NCBI RefSeq assembly: GCF_963921235.1 | Contig: NC_086108.1 | Span: 80,726,001-80,790,000 of the forward strand | Direction of reading: 5' to 3' | From: Mobula hypostoma | Lineage: Eukaryota | DNA length: 64,000 nt | In this document: positions 1-12,048 of the stretch, one piece after another | How the letters are laid out: each line of letters starts with the position of its first letter | Numbering within the stretch: position 1 is the first letter of the stretch | Program-made: the position numbers and the translations under genes | The notes under the pieces: generated by a model | Told to the model about the DNA's origin: nothing | The model's input: only the letters and a program-made list of their open reading frames with translations | Database searches by the model: none

Positions 1-2820
1 TCCTCAAAAAATTTAATCAGGCTCATGAGGCACGACCTGCCTTTGACAAAGCCATGCTGAATATTCCTAATCATATTATGCCTCTCCAATTGTTCATAAA
101 TCCTGCCTCTCAGGATCTTCTCCATCAACTTACCAACCACTGAAGTAAGACTCACTGGTCGATAATTTACTGGGCTCTTTCTACTTCTTTCCTTAAATAA
201 GGGAACAACATCCACAACCCTCCAATCCTCCGGAACTTCTCCTGTCCATATTGATGATGTAAAGATCATTGCCAGAGGCTCAGCAATCTCTTCTCTCGCC
301 TACCACAGTAGCCTGGGGTACATCTCATCTAGTTCCGGTGACACATCCAACTTGATGCTTTCCAAAAGCTCCAGCACATCCTCTTTCTTAATGTCTATAT
401 GCTCAAGCTTTTCAGTCCGCTGTACATCATCTCTACAATCGCCAAGGTCCTTTTCCGTAGTGAATACTGAAGCAAAGTATTCATTAAATACCTCCACTAC
501 CTCCTCCGGTTCCATACACACTTTTCCCACTGTCACACTTGATTGGTCCTGTTCTCTCACATCTTCTCCTTTTGCTCTTCACATACTTGTAGAATGCTTT
601 GGGGTTTTCCTTAATCCTGCTCGCCAAGACCTTCTCATGTCTCCTTCTGGCTCTCCTAATTTCATTCTTAAGTTCCTTCCTGCTAGCCTTATAATTTTCT
701 AGATCTCTATCATTACTTAGTTTTTTGAACCTTTCGTAAGCTTTTCTTTTCTTCTTGACGAGATTTACAACAGCCTTTGTACTCCACGGTTCCTGTACCC
801 TACCATCCTTTCCCTGTCTCACTGGAACGTACATGTGCAGAATGCCATGCAAGTATCCCCTGAAGATTTGCCACATTTCTGCCATACACTTCCCCTGAGA
901 ACTTCTGTTCCCAATTTATGCTTCTAAGTTCCTGCTTGATAGCTTCATATTTCCCCTTACTCCAAGTAAACGCTTTGCTAACTTGTTTGTTCCTATCCCT
1001 CTCCAATGTTACGGTAAAGGAGATTGAATTATAATCACTATCTCCTAAATGCTCTCCCACTGAGAGACCTGACACCTGACCAGTTTCATTTCCCAATACC
1101 AGATCAAGTACAGCCTCTCCTCTTATAGGTTTATCTACATACTGTGTCAGGAAACCTTCCTGAACACACCTAACAAACTCCACCCCATCTAAACCCCTTG
1201 CTCTAGGGAGACGCCAATCAATATTGGGGAAATTCAAATCCCCCATCACGACAACCCTGCTATTACTGCACCGTTCCAGAATCTGTCTCCCTATCTGCTC
1301 CTCAATGTCCCTGTTACTATTGGGTGGTCTATAAAAACTCCCAGTAGAGTTATTGACCTCTTCCTGTTTGTAACTTACACCCACAGAGATTCAGTAGACA
1401 ATCCCTCCATGACTTCCTCCTTTTCTGCAGCTGTGACACTATCTCTGATCAACAGTGCCATGCCCCACCTCCCTCCCTGTCCTGTCCTTTCTGAAACATC
1501 TAAAGCCTGGCACTCTAAGTAGCCATTCCTGCCCCTGAGCCATCCAAATCTCTGTAATGGCCACAACATCATAGCTCCATGATCCACTCTCTAAGCTCAT
1601 TCGCTTTGTTCACGATGCTTCTTGCATTAAAACAGACACATCTCAAGCCAGCAGTCTGAGCTCATCCCTTCTCTATCACCTGCCTAACCTCCCTCTCACA
1701 CTGCCTACAAGCTTTCTCTATTTGTGAACCAACAGCCCCTTCCTCCGACTCTTCAGTTCGGTTCCCACCCCCCAGCTATTCTAGTTGAAACTCTTCCCAA
1801 TAGCCTTAGCAAACCTCCCTGCCAGGATATTGGTCCCCCTCGGATTTAAGTGCATACCGTCCTTTTTGTACAGGTCACGCCTGCCCCAAAAGAGGTCCCA
1901 ATGATCCAGAAATCTGAATCCCTGCCCCCCGCTTCAATCCCTCAGCCACGCATTTATCCTCCATCTCACCCTATTCCTATACTCACTGTCGCGTGGCACA
2001 GACAGTAATCCCGAGATTACTAACATTGAGGTCCACCTTCTCAGCTTCTTTCCTAACTCCCTGTGGTCTGTTTTCAGGACCTCCTCCCTTTTCCTGCCTA
2101 GGTCGTTGGTACCAATATGTATCACGACCTCTGGCTGTTCACCTTTCCACTTCAGGATATCATGGATGCGATCAGAAACATCTCAGGTAGATCATCCCCC
2201 CAACAATACTCAAACAGGAGTAGTTATTGTTAAGAGGAACAGCCACAGGGGTACTCTCTAGTATCTGACTCTTGCCCTTCCTTCTCCTGACTGTTACCCA
2301 TTTATCTGTTTCCCGAGGCCCCAGTGGAGGCCTATAGCTCCTCTCTATCACCTCCTCACTTTCCCTGACCAGACAAAGGTCATTGAGCTGCATCTCCAGT
2401 TCCCTAACCTGGTCCCCAAGGAGGTACAGCTCGACGCACCTGGTGCAGATGTGGCCGTCTGGGAGGCTGGGAGTCTCCTGGACCTCACAAATCTGACACC
2501 TGCTACATAACACTAGCCTCACAGACATACTTCCTATTTCTATTCTACACAAGTAACTTACCTCACCTTGACCCATTATCACTAAAGCCTCGTTGAGCCA
2601 AAGCCCTCGTACTCTGACTCCCTCTACTCTGACACCCGCTTTATAAAGCTATCTTCTTTTTAAATTCTTCCCGCTGGTCTAACTCGCTGACGTCCACATC
2701 TTGCACAATCGTTCCTCAGTCAAACCACTGAAGAAAAAAACTCTTCTCCTTTTAAATCCTTCCCGCCAGTCTAACTCGCGGACGTCCATGTGCTTGCGCG
2801 GTCGTGCCTTGATCAAACCC
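1..2820 (-). mobile_element. CR1-clade LINE, 5' part (5' UTR, ORF1 zinc finger + SGNH esterase, ORF2 endonuclease and start of RT), disrupted
   Basis: ORF fragments with CSRC..CTRC zinc finger, HIGTND esterase block, YRPPN / MGDLNFPNIDW / LDLVL / GDSDY APE motifs, NPKAFYKY and FNEYFASVFT. Frameshifts present; continues beyond the window start. Confidence 0.92.
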
Positions 2821-3075
2821 CCTCCACCTATTCCTTCCATGTATCACCTCTCCTCTCCCCCCCATTCATCCACCTTTCCCCCTACCTGGTCTCATCTATC
2901 ACTTGTTAGTTTGTATTCCTCCCTCTCCCTGGATTCCTCCCCCACCCCCAACTTCTTATTCTGGCTTCTATCCCTTTCCTTTCCAGTCCTGATGAAGGGT
3001 CTTGGCCCGAAACGTCGACTGTTTATTCCCTTCAATTGCTCATGATATCCAGCATCTACAGAATCTCGCGTCTAT
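2821..3075 (+). mobile_element. PLE pLTR tail fragment containing an HHR
   Basis: Pyrimidine-rich tract, hammerhead motif, then ccagcatctacagaatctc, as in other pLTRs in the window. Confidence 0.75.
2984..3021 (+). ncRNA. Minimal type-I hammerhead ribozyme motif, intact core
   Basis: CAGUC-CUGAUGA-A-GGG(UCUUGG)CCC-GAA-ACGU-C/GACUG: 5-bp stem I, 3-bp stem II, palindromic stem III; predicted cleavage after C3016. Confidence 0.85.
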
Positions 3076-3417
3076 AAATCCCTCCTGTTATTTGTTTTGT
3101 TGTAACCTTCCTCACAGTTGATTAACATCCCTCTCCCCACCCCCTCCCAATCACCGAGAAATTTGCTGAAAACTGCACACTCAGAAATTGCAATTTTGGC
3201 TCCAAAAGCTAATGAATAGATTGTGAAAGCAGCACTGATCAATGTGGAACACCATGCAACCTTTTTTTGCACTGTGGCCAGCTAACCTTTATTCCATTGC
3301 CTGCTTTCAATCCTAAAACCAACCACCAAACTGTTCTGCCACCTGTATGTTCTCTAATCTTGTTTACACAAGAGACTTACAGCTGCTGGAATCTGAGAGA
3401 AGAAAAACAGCTAGAGA

Positions 3418-3606
3418 AACACACACAAAATGCTGGAGGAACTCAGCAGGCCAGGCAGCATCTATGGAAAAAAATACAGTTGACGTCTCGGCCCAAAATG
3501 TCGACTATACATTTTTCCATAGATGCTGCCTGGCCTGCTGAGTTCCTCCAGCATTTTGTGTGTGTTGCTTGGATTTCCAGCATCTGCAGATTTTCTCTTG
3601 CTTGTG
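3418..3606. mobile_element. Palindromic PLE-pLTR derivative (MITE-like hairpin) inside an older related repeat
   Basis: Perfect 55-bp inverted arms 3418-3472 / 3512-3566; 16-bp flanking duplication aaacagctagagaaac (3405-3420) / aaacggctagaggaac (3607-3622), 2 mismatches. Confidence 0.85.
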
Positions 3607-4049
3607 AAACGGCTAGAGGAACTCGGTGAGCCCAGCAGCATCTGTGGAACAAAAGGATAGACAACATTTCAGGTTGAGACTGGACTGAAACAGGTTCTCA
3701 ACTTGACTTACTGTGTTCCTCCAACAGCCTGATTTTTAAGCACCTACTTTTTTTTAATTGGGCTACTATGAAATTACTTGGTGAAAGCTTTTGAAAATTT
3801 ACATGAATTTCACCTACTTTATTACAATTACTGCTCTCTACAACGTCTGGAAACTTTCCAAACAAAAGGTTGGTCAAGCAAGACTTTCTTTTTAAATCCA
3901 TGCTGACTATTTATTATATTAATTTCTTTATGGTCCACTTTCTTCATCCATAGGCCTTTCATTACCAGAAAACTCTACATTGTTAGCAAGCTATATCTCA
4001 CCAAAATTAAATAGGCAGCTGGTGATTGTGCACCTGGAATATTGCATAC

Positions 4050-5215
4050 AGATTTGGTATTTCTGCTGAAAAGGACTGTAAATGTATTTGTTATAAAGGG
4101 AATGCACCAAAGATTCCTAAGATCGATTTCTAGATGGAAGGTTTGTCCTACGAGGAGAATTTAAGCAAAATGGCCAGATAAATATCTAAAATTTTCTCAG
4201 GGTAGATGGGGGAGGGGGGGGTGATTGCCCTGCCTGGGAATTCTATAAATAGGGTTAGTCTCAAAATAAGGAGTCACCAATTCAGGAAAGATGAGAAGAA
4301 ATTTCTTCATACACAGAATAGTGAAACCTTGAATTTCTCTGTCCAAGAGGTTTGTGACAGATGAGTCACTGATTCAATTCAAAACAGGGATCAACCGACA
4401 TTTGAATATTAAGGCAATTTAAAGGATATTAGATTAGATTATGAGGACACGCAGTCCCCTTTTGTCATTTAGCAATGCATACATTAAGAAACGATACAAT
4501 TTGTTGTTTGTTCCTCCAGAATGATATCACAGAGACACAAGACAAACCAAGACTAAAAAAAACTCAAAAAAACCACATAGTTATAACATATAGTTACAAC
4601 AGTGCAAAGCAATACAGATGAAGAACAGACCATGGGCACAGTAAAAAAAAAGTCTCAAAGTCTCTCGAAAGTCCCATCATCTCACGCAGATGGTTGAAGG
4701 GAGAAACTCCCTCTGCCATGAGCTTCCAGCGCCGGAAACTTGCCGATGCAGCATCCTGGAAGCACCTGACCACAGTCCGACTCTGAGTCCGTCCGAAAAC
4801 TTAGAGCCTCCGACACCGAGCACCATCTCTGCCGAGCGCTTTGACCCCGGCCCCGGCAACAGACAATAGGCAAAGCCGAGGATCTGGGATCTTACCCTCC
4901 AGAGATTACCAATCGCACAGCAGCAGCAGCAGCGGCAGCAAAGCGGGCATTTCAGAAGTTTCTCCAGGTGTTCCTCCATGCTTCTCACGTCCGTCTCCAT
5001 CAAATCAGGATTGTGCACGGCCCCTATTTAACAAATACGATATCAATTCGGAGCGGCTGCGAGCGCTGCATCGCGCCGCATCTTCTCCTCCCCTCCAGAT
5101 ATGAAGTTAGTACCGAAAAATAGCCGTGAGGTAAAAAATCAGCCACAATCTAATTGGATAGCAGGTAAGGCTTGCCGGTTCTGGTAGTCTGCTCCAGCTC
5201 CTATGTTCTTGTGTT
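4050..5215 (+). mobile_element. Degraded CR1 3' end interrupted by a younger insertion
   Basis: Remnants of the CR1 ORF2 C-terminus and 3' UTR that rejoin across 4430-5097 (aaaggatat|gaagttag). Confidence 0.65.
4430..5097 (-). mobile_element. Non-autonomous non-LTR retroelement with (AATCT)n tail and GC-rich 5' end
   Basis: TSD gatat at 4425-4429 and 5098-5102; minus-strand tail (aatct)n; GC/CpG-rich head AAGATGCGGCGCG; no RT motifs. Confidence 0.65.
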
Positions 5216-6762
5216 CTTCAATGGATAAAGTTTTGTTTGTTCTTATTTTTTTTCAATTCCTTAAGGATTGTGTCTTACACACCTTTAAGTCACACAGGTA
5301 AGGACAGAAGTTGCATCAAATTAAAGCACTATAACACACTTTGCTTGTGGTTCTCAAAGCTGCAGAAACAGATTAAAAATGAACCCTGAGCTGCTCTCGA
5401 AAAAATCATGAATGTCTTATGAATAATAAGGACACATGATCAGTCCTTCGTGCAGATGTTCTATTAGGCAAAGTGAGGAACCACAGAAGTAAGCCAACGC
5501 TGGGGAAGCAAGGCTGATTAAAGCTTGGCTATATAATCTGGGTCTGATGGGACCAAACTGTGTCTTTCAGATTCTTGTCATGTCAGGCATATTTTTCTGA
5601 TTGGACAGTTAAGGATGGATCACAGCACGCAAGTCTTCATCTGAGCATGATTTTATCATCTCACCACATGCTTCCTCTGTTCTTGATCATTAGCTGCACA
5701 GGGACTGCAAAACCAGAATTTTCATAAATTCTTTTGCTCAAATACTGGTGCCATAACCAGTCTTATCAGTGGCATACCACATGTCCCAAAATTCGTTGTT
5801 CTGCAGCGACAGTAGAGCACTGTAAATTAAAAAGTTACTACAAATTATAGTAAAATATTAAAAAATAAATACAGTAAATAAATGGTGCAAAAAGAGAGCA
5901 AAATAATGATCGTGGACTGTTCAGGAATATGAGAGCTGTTCCTAAAAAATTGTACTGTTCTGCAAATGTCTGTTGTGTTAAGTTATACCAGGAAAAGATC
6001 ATGACCTTGGACTTATTCATTCTGGTTCATGTTGGCCTAGGTCAGGTTCAAATATCACACATTAATATTACACCCATGCAGACTTCTCAATATTCAGCGT
6101 TCAGCATGACAGACTGTTGTGAGCTTCTGGAAGTAATTCCAGAAGCAGGTCCAGGCCTGCAGGGAGCACATTTACTAGTCACGCTCTGTGTAGTAAAGCA
6201 CCAGATTATAGCAAAGATCAATATTATTAATAAGCACTAGACAGAGGTCGTTTATCTTGCACTCCCCAAGATACACCTATGAATGCAAATAAAGCTAGAC
6301 AGAACAAAAAATGTACAAATTACCATGGCAATCACAATATTCAGTAACATTTTCATCCACACCTATTGCTTTAGATGCAGCTCTTATGGTAATTTATGCT
6401 GCCTACTCACGTCCATGATCGCAGCGTGTAGAAGCCACTGGTGGCACTCTTCCTAGGGTGCAGTTTCAGCACAAACTCCAATTGCATTAGTTGCAGCTAA
6501 GAGTTAATCACTCCATTTGATGCCAACCTCAATCTTTTAAAAGTGGTTGCGATTCACAGCCGCATCATCTGCTTATCGCTCCAGATTCCAACATCTGTAG
6601 TTCTCTAATTTCACCAAACCATCCACTGACGCCTACGATAGACCTATGGATGCTCACAGTTAACTCAACTACACCCATCTTTCACTCTGTCTCTTGTAAG
6701 GATGTCATATCACTTCCTTTCAGTGTCCCCATTTCCATTGGCCTGGGGTGGGGGTGGGGGGG

Positions 6763-7005
6763 GGCACAGTAGCGTAATGGTTTGTATAATGCTATTACTG
6801 TGCCAATGACCCGGGTTTAATTCCGCCACGGTTTGTAAGGAATTTGTACGTTCTCCCCGTGACCATGTGAGTTTCCTCTGGGTGCTCCAGTTTCCTCCCA
6901 CATTCCAAAGATGTATGGGTTAGTAGATTAATTCGTCTCTCGAATGTAATCAGGTTCATTGGATGAGAAGGGCCTGTTACTGTGCTGTGACTCTAAATCT
7001 AAATC
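6763..7005 (+). mobile_element. tRNA-derived V-SINE (HE1-like)
   Basis: A-box-like tagcgtaatgg, B-box-like ggtttaattcc, then V-domain-type core gtacgttctccccgtg...gggtgctccagtttcctccca. Confidence 0.75.
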
Positions 7006-7019
7006 AAAAAACTGTTCTC

Positions 7020-7690
7020 TAGATAAGGCTTTCTGTCTAGGACTTTTTCAGGATATTTGGCTTCTTCTCTCCCATAGCTGATGGAGCCTCCATGTGTAAT
7101 TCCTCTGTTTCCTACACAACTGCTCACATCTATCACCTCTCCCCACAAAGAACAGAGATAGAGCTAACTTAGTCATCAACTTCCACTCCACTGGCCTCCA
7201 CAACCAGCATATCACCTTTTGCTATTTCGATGAGCTTGAATGGGATGCCACCACCAGTCACATCTACCCTTCTCCCCACCTTACTCTTTTCTGCAGGGGC
7301 TACTAGCCCCATGGTTTCCTGATCTCCTCACTGTTTGTTTCCTCCAGGTGCTCCAGTTGTGGGCATGCTATGTTGGTGCTAGGAGTTTGGTGATACCTAC
7401 AAGCTGCCTAGCACAGTCCTCACTGAAGTGACTTGACACAAAATTACTCAATTCACTGTATGGTTCAATATACGCATGACAAATAAAGCTATCTTTCATC
7501 TAAGGTTTCTGAGAAGGTGAAGGGAATTTAGATCTTTCCACATGAGGCAGAGATTCATGTGTACTTCTGCAATCTGCACTAGGTGCTTGTGATGCGGCCT
7601 TTCTACATTGGAATGACCAAACAAAGACCAGGTGACCGTTTTGCAGAGCACCCATAATCTGCCTACGACAGCCATCTTAAGCTTCCTGCT
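7020..7690 (+). mobile_element. Highly degraded PLE (post-RT and GIY-YIG remnants)
   Basis: Residual similarity to the 54300-54900 segment (acagagatag..., tgcggcctttctacattgga, ggtgaccgttttgcagagcac). Confidence 0.55.
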
Positions 7691-7717
7691 GCATGTCATG
7701 GAGACTTATTAGGGAGA

Positions 7718-7864
7718 GTGAACATGGACTTGTGTGGAGGAGATCACGTGAACATGGACTTGTGTGGAGATCATGTGAACATGCACTTGTGTGGAGGAGA
7801 TCACATGAACATGCACTTGTGTGGAGGAGATCACATGAACATGCACTTGTGTGGAGGAGATCAT
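7718..7864 (+). repeat. 30-bp minisatellite, 5 units, inside a CR1 RT fragment (7700-8090)
   Basis: Unit (g/a)tgaacatg(g/c)acttgtgtggaggagatca(c/t); unit 2 lacks 3 nt; no spacers; flanks translate as CR1 RT LIRES.HG...RSCL.N.IE.F. Confidence 0.95.
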
Positions 7865-8109
7865 GCCTTAGAAATTTCATTGAGATTTTTAAAAAGGTGA
7901 CAAAGATGGCAATGAGTGTAGGGCAGTGGATGTTGTCGACAATGAGCTTAGTAAAGCATTCAACACTCTTAGTAAAGCCCTCTCATGGTAGACCAATCCA
8001 GATAAATAAGGCACACTGAATCTACAGAGACTTGTAAGATTAGATTCAAAACTGGCTCAGCAATAGAAGACAGAGTGTAGAGTCAGTGGGTTGTTATAAT
8101 GCTGAATAT

Positions 8110-8260
8110 GAAGGGTTCAAAACATTGTTGAGGATCCCTACCACCTACAATCTCTTTGAGCCACTACCGTCAGGAAAGAGGTACAGGAACATCAGGATTA
8201 GGACTACAATACTGGGCAACAGCTTCTTCCTTCAGACTGTGATATTAATGATACCCGACC
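8110..8260 (+). mobile_element. Rex/Babar-like LINE 3' fragment
   Basis: LFEPLPSGKRYRNIRIRTTILGNSFF, the same C-terminal motif as in 37819-38208. Confidence 0.7.
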
Positions 8261-8329
8261 ACCACCACTGTACGGTTCATTGTTTAGCTGAGGCCCTCCA
8301 TTGGCCGAGGTCAACAATGAATGTTGCAA

Positions 8330-9675
8330 CCTAGCCATCTGCATGCTATGCAAGCTGGTACACAAAACAGGGCAGTATGATATGGAGAGCAAGCTGTTGC
8401 CCTTACAGCAGGCTCTTCCTCTCCACGCATCTGATGAACCCAAAGGAACGGCAAAGACCAATACAGTTTGGCACCAGCAACATCACAGGAGTTGCTAGTC
8501 AGGGTTGAACTCAACGTAGGACTGATTAGGGACTCCAGCTCCAGGTTTTTCCCCCAGGGTTTACTCCCAAAGCCATCCCATGAGTGGGTATAACTGTAAG
8601 GCAGCAGAGGTTTGAGATCAGAGTTTTCCTTTTCTTGAATGAGCTGCCAAACATGGCTATGAGTCCCATCCACCCAAAGCAACTGGTTTTATGGCACCAG
8701 TAACATCAATAATTTCAGATATGCAGATGACACTGTGTAAATTGCAAGTACGGAGGAAGAACTACAAAACTTAATCGATGTAATTGTTGAAGAAAGTGCA
8801 AAACTGGGTCTATCTATCAATTGCAAAAAGACAGAATGTATGGTGATATCCAAAAAGAAGGAGAATCCTATCTGCAGGCTGAGAATAAATGGGGAAGACA
8901 TAAAACAAGTACAGAACTTTTGCTACTTAGGAAGCTGGGTGACATCAGATGGCAGGTGAAACTTGGACATCAGAAGAAGAATAGGGATGGCAAAAGACAC
9001 TTTTACAAGAATGAAGAGTATACTGACCAATACTAAACTAGGCATGACAACCCACCTCAGAGTACTGAAATGTTACGTTTATCCAGTTATGTTATATTGC
9101 TCAGAATGTTGGACAATATCTAGTAACATGAGGAAATGAATTGTAGCAGCAGAGATGTGGTTTTTGAGGAGGATGCAAAGAATATCATGGACGAAACATA
9201 TCTAACGAGGATGTCATGAACACAGCAAACACAAAAAGAGAAATAATGTATGAGATCATGAAAAGGCAATGTAACTTCATTGGACATGTGATTAGGAAAG
9301 AGGAGTTAGAATGCACGGTAATTATGGGAAAGATTGAAGGGAAGAAAGCAAGAGGAAGACAAAGACAAATGATGATGGAGACAGCAGCCAGAGAATTGGA
9401 AATGAATACCAATGAATTGATCTGCTTGACCCGAAACAGGAGTGTGTGGGCCATGGCAGTCAAAGCTCAAACTAGGCATAGCACCTGATGATGACGAACC
9501 TGTCTTTGCCTCTTCTCCTGTCAGTAGAAACAGTTCCACCAGGATGAGTAGCTAATCCACATGTGAAGGCCAGGAGCTTTATTTGGTCGTCAGAGGCTTG
9601 GTGAAACGCACACCATTGGGAGCATTTAATAGGTAGTGGAGTTTATCCCACTACCTCCCCCAGTTATGACGACCA
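8330..9675 (-). mobile_element. Non-coding repeat, probably RTE 5'-UTR-derived, split by an RTE insertion (8330-8702 + 9496-9675)
   Basis: Sequence appears continuous across the insertion (caccagtaac | ctgtctttgcc); structured minus-strand 5' end. Family assignment is from recognition only. Confidence 0.45.
8703..9495 (+). mobile_element. RTE-clade LINE, 5'-truncated (RT C-terminal half)
   Basis: NINNFRYADDTV, F.YLGS, RRIGMAK, AAEMWFLRRMQRISWT, GHVIRK, GKIEGKKARGRQR; ends in a (TGA)n tail; contains stops. Confidence 0.88.
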
Positions 9676-9689
9676 AAAAGAACCCACTG

Positions 9690-10310
9690 TTTACCTGTGT
9701 TGTGTATTACATGCATATTTTATTAACTTATTTGCGGTAATATTTTGTTTAATGTGCTGAGTGTGGTATGTGTTGTGTGGATGCACTGTGGTCTGGAGGA
9801 ACATTTTTTCGTTTGGTTGTACAGTCAAGCTGACCTTGAACTTGACGACCAGTGGTGTTTCAGAGATCAGTGCAGGACTGCTGTTGTTGAGAATGCATAC
9901 AAATGATTTGGATGAACATGTAGGTGGGTTCAGTAACAAGTTTGCAAACGACACAAAGATTGGCAGAGTTGTGGTTACTGAAGAGCGATGCCAAAGGAGA
10001 CAGAAGGATACAGATCTGTTAGAAATGTGGGCAGAAAAATGGCAGGTGGAGTGTGAGATATTACACTTTGGAAAGTTTAATTTAAAAGGAATGTCTACAG
10101 TAAATGGCATGAACCTTAGGAGCACTGATGCACAGAAGGATCTTGGGGTGCGTTGATTAACTGTTTAAGAGTGATAACACAAGTGGATAAGGTCAATATG
10201 AACAGAAAAATTATGAGATATGTTGTGGATCATAAAAATTTGTTATGGCCACATTTGGAATTCTGTGTGCAGTCTGGTTGTCACATTACAGTGAGGATCT
10301 GGAGGCTCAA
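9690..10310 (+). mobile_element. LINE 3' tail with (TTGAAC)n followed by a degraded CR1 RT fragment
   Basis: Tail ccttgaacttga at ~9840; then NKFANDTKIG, WAEKWQ, LHFG, KDLGV. Confidence 0.75.
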
Positions 10311-10717
10311 TTGTAATCAATGCCTCTTTTACTTAGATAGCCCACTGAGATTGTCACTTTGAAGAAATATTGAAGGGTGTTCTCTACCAACAGATGAGTA
10401 TTCAACAAAGAGTCAGTGTCCTTGCACAAAGGTTAAATTAATATAGGAAGATGAAGTCATTAATAATGACATTGTAAAATAAATTGCATAGTTTATGTAA
10501 TACAAAATTGAAAAGCTAAAGATACTGCAGCATCTACAGCTGATTTATGGGATTATTTATGGGAATAATCAACTGCCTCTAGGTAAATGGTTGTTAGCTG
10601 AATTTTGATTCCACTGTAACCATATTGGTAACTATAGAAACAGTTAAATAATGTTCAAATCTCCATTTCACAGATACATTGATAAAGCTCTTATAACTTT
10701 GTCTTTCATGTATGATA

Positions 10718-11270
10718 GGTGTCTGTGGAATTCTTTGCCACTGGCAGCTGAGGAGGCCAAGTTTTTATGTATATTTAAGGCAGAGGTTGATAGGTTCTTG
10801 ATTGTTCATGAAAATGATTCCAGCATTGAATGGCTTATCAGATGAAGTCCATTTGACAGCTCTGGGCCTGTATCACTAGAATTCAGAAGAATCAGGGGTG
10901 ACCTCATTGAAATCTGTCAAATGGTGAAAGGCCTTGATAGAGTGGATGTGGAGAGGGTGTTTCCTATGATGGGAGAGTCTAAGACCAGATGACACAGCCT
11001 CAGAATAGGAGGGCATCCTTTTAGAATGGAGGAATTTCTTTAGCCAGAGAGTTGTGGATCTGTGGAATTTGTTGCCACAGGCAGCTGGGTCTTTATGTAT
11101 ATTTAAGGCAGAGGTTGATAGATTATTGATTAGTCAGGGCATGAAGAGAAATGGAGACATGGCAAGAGATTGGGGCTGAGTGGAAAATTGGATCAGCCAT
11201 GATGAAATGGCAGAGCAGACTTGATGGGCCAAATGGCCTAGTTCTGCTCCTATATCTTATGGTCTTATGC
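10718..11270 (+). mobile_element. Two CR1 3'-end fragments
   Basis: LWNSLP / FKAEVDRFL coding remnants; 3' tail tcttatggtcttatg. Confidence 0.85.
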
Positions 11271-12048
11271 AAATATTTAAGGGAGCATTATTTTTTTCAA
11301 TGATGAAACAAATTCCCTAATAGAGTAAAACAGAGCTGATATTTATTGTAGGGCAATGATCTTTCATTGGCCTGAAAAGTTAACTCTGTTTCTCTCTCCA
11401 CATATACTGTCTAACCTTATGAGTATTACCTCCAAATCCAGTTTTTATTTCACTTCTGCAGTGATTGGCATATTTTTCTTTTCTTGTTGATAGTTTGGAA
11501 ATAGACCGAATCATAGATGGAAAATGTGTTTTCATGTAAGTGTGACTCACTCTAACAAGGACAAAAAGACATTTTTTAAAAAAGCTAATAGCAAACTGCC
11601 TGCCCTTTGCCATACTTTTTTGTTTCGTCTTCTTCCAGAAGTTATCTATTTTTCTACTCAATTATGTTTGTGTCCACTGTGAAAATATTCCACTCCGCTG
11701 TGAAAAAACTCTTCCAATTTATCATCCCATAAGTTACAAGCTGAGTCTAACCCTTACTAAGTCAGTGGAAACAATTCTTCATTATTATGTCAAAATGTTG
11801 TAGAATTTTAATAGCCTCTTAAAGTTCCTCTTAGTTTCAATTTCAGTAAAAATATTTGGTTCAATTAAGTATCAAAGCAAAGCCTATATGCAGAGAAGTC
11901 CCCCTTCACATTACTAACATGGTGCAGGAGAAATGGTCCTATGCCTAACCACAAACAAGAGAAAATCTGCAAATGCTGGAAATCCAAGAACACACACAAA
12001 ATGCAGGAGGAACTCAGCAGGCCATCTGACTCCTCATCATTTTTTCTC

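Noticed and set aside
6763..6830. tRNA gene
   Set aside because: A/B boxes are degenerate, no cloverleaf is evident, and the segment runs directly into a V-SINE core.
7718..7864. 30-bp repeat array as a CRISPR array
   Set aside because: Units are contiguous with no unique spacers, derive from CR1 RT sequence, and the context is eukaryotic.
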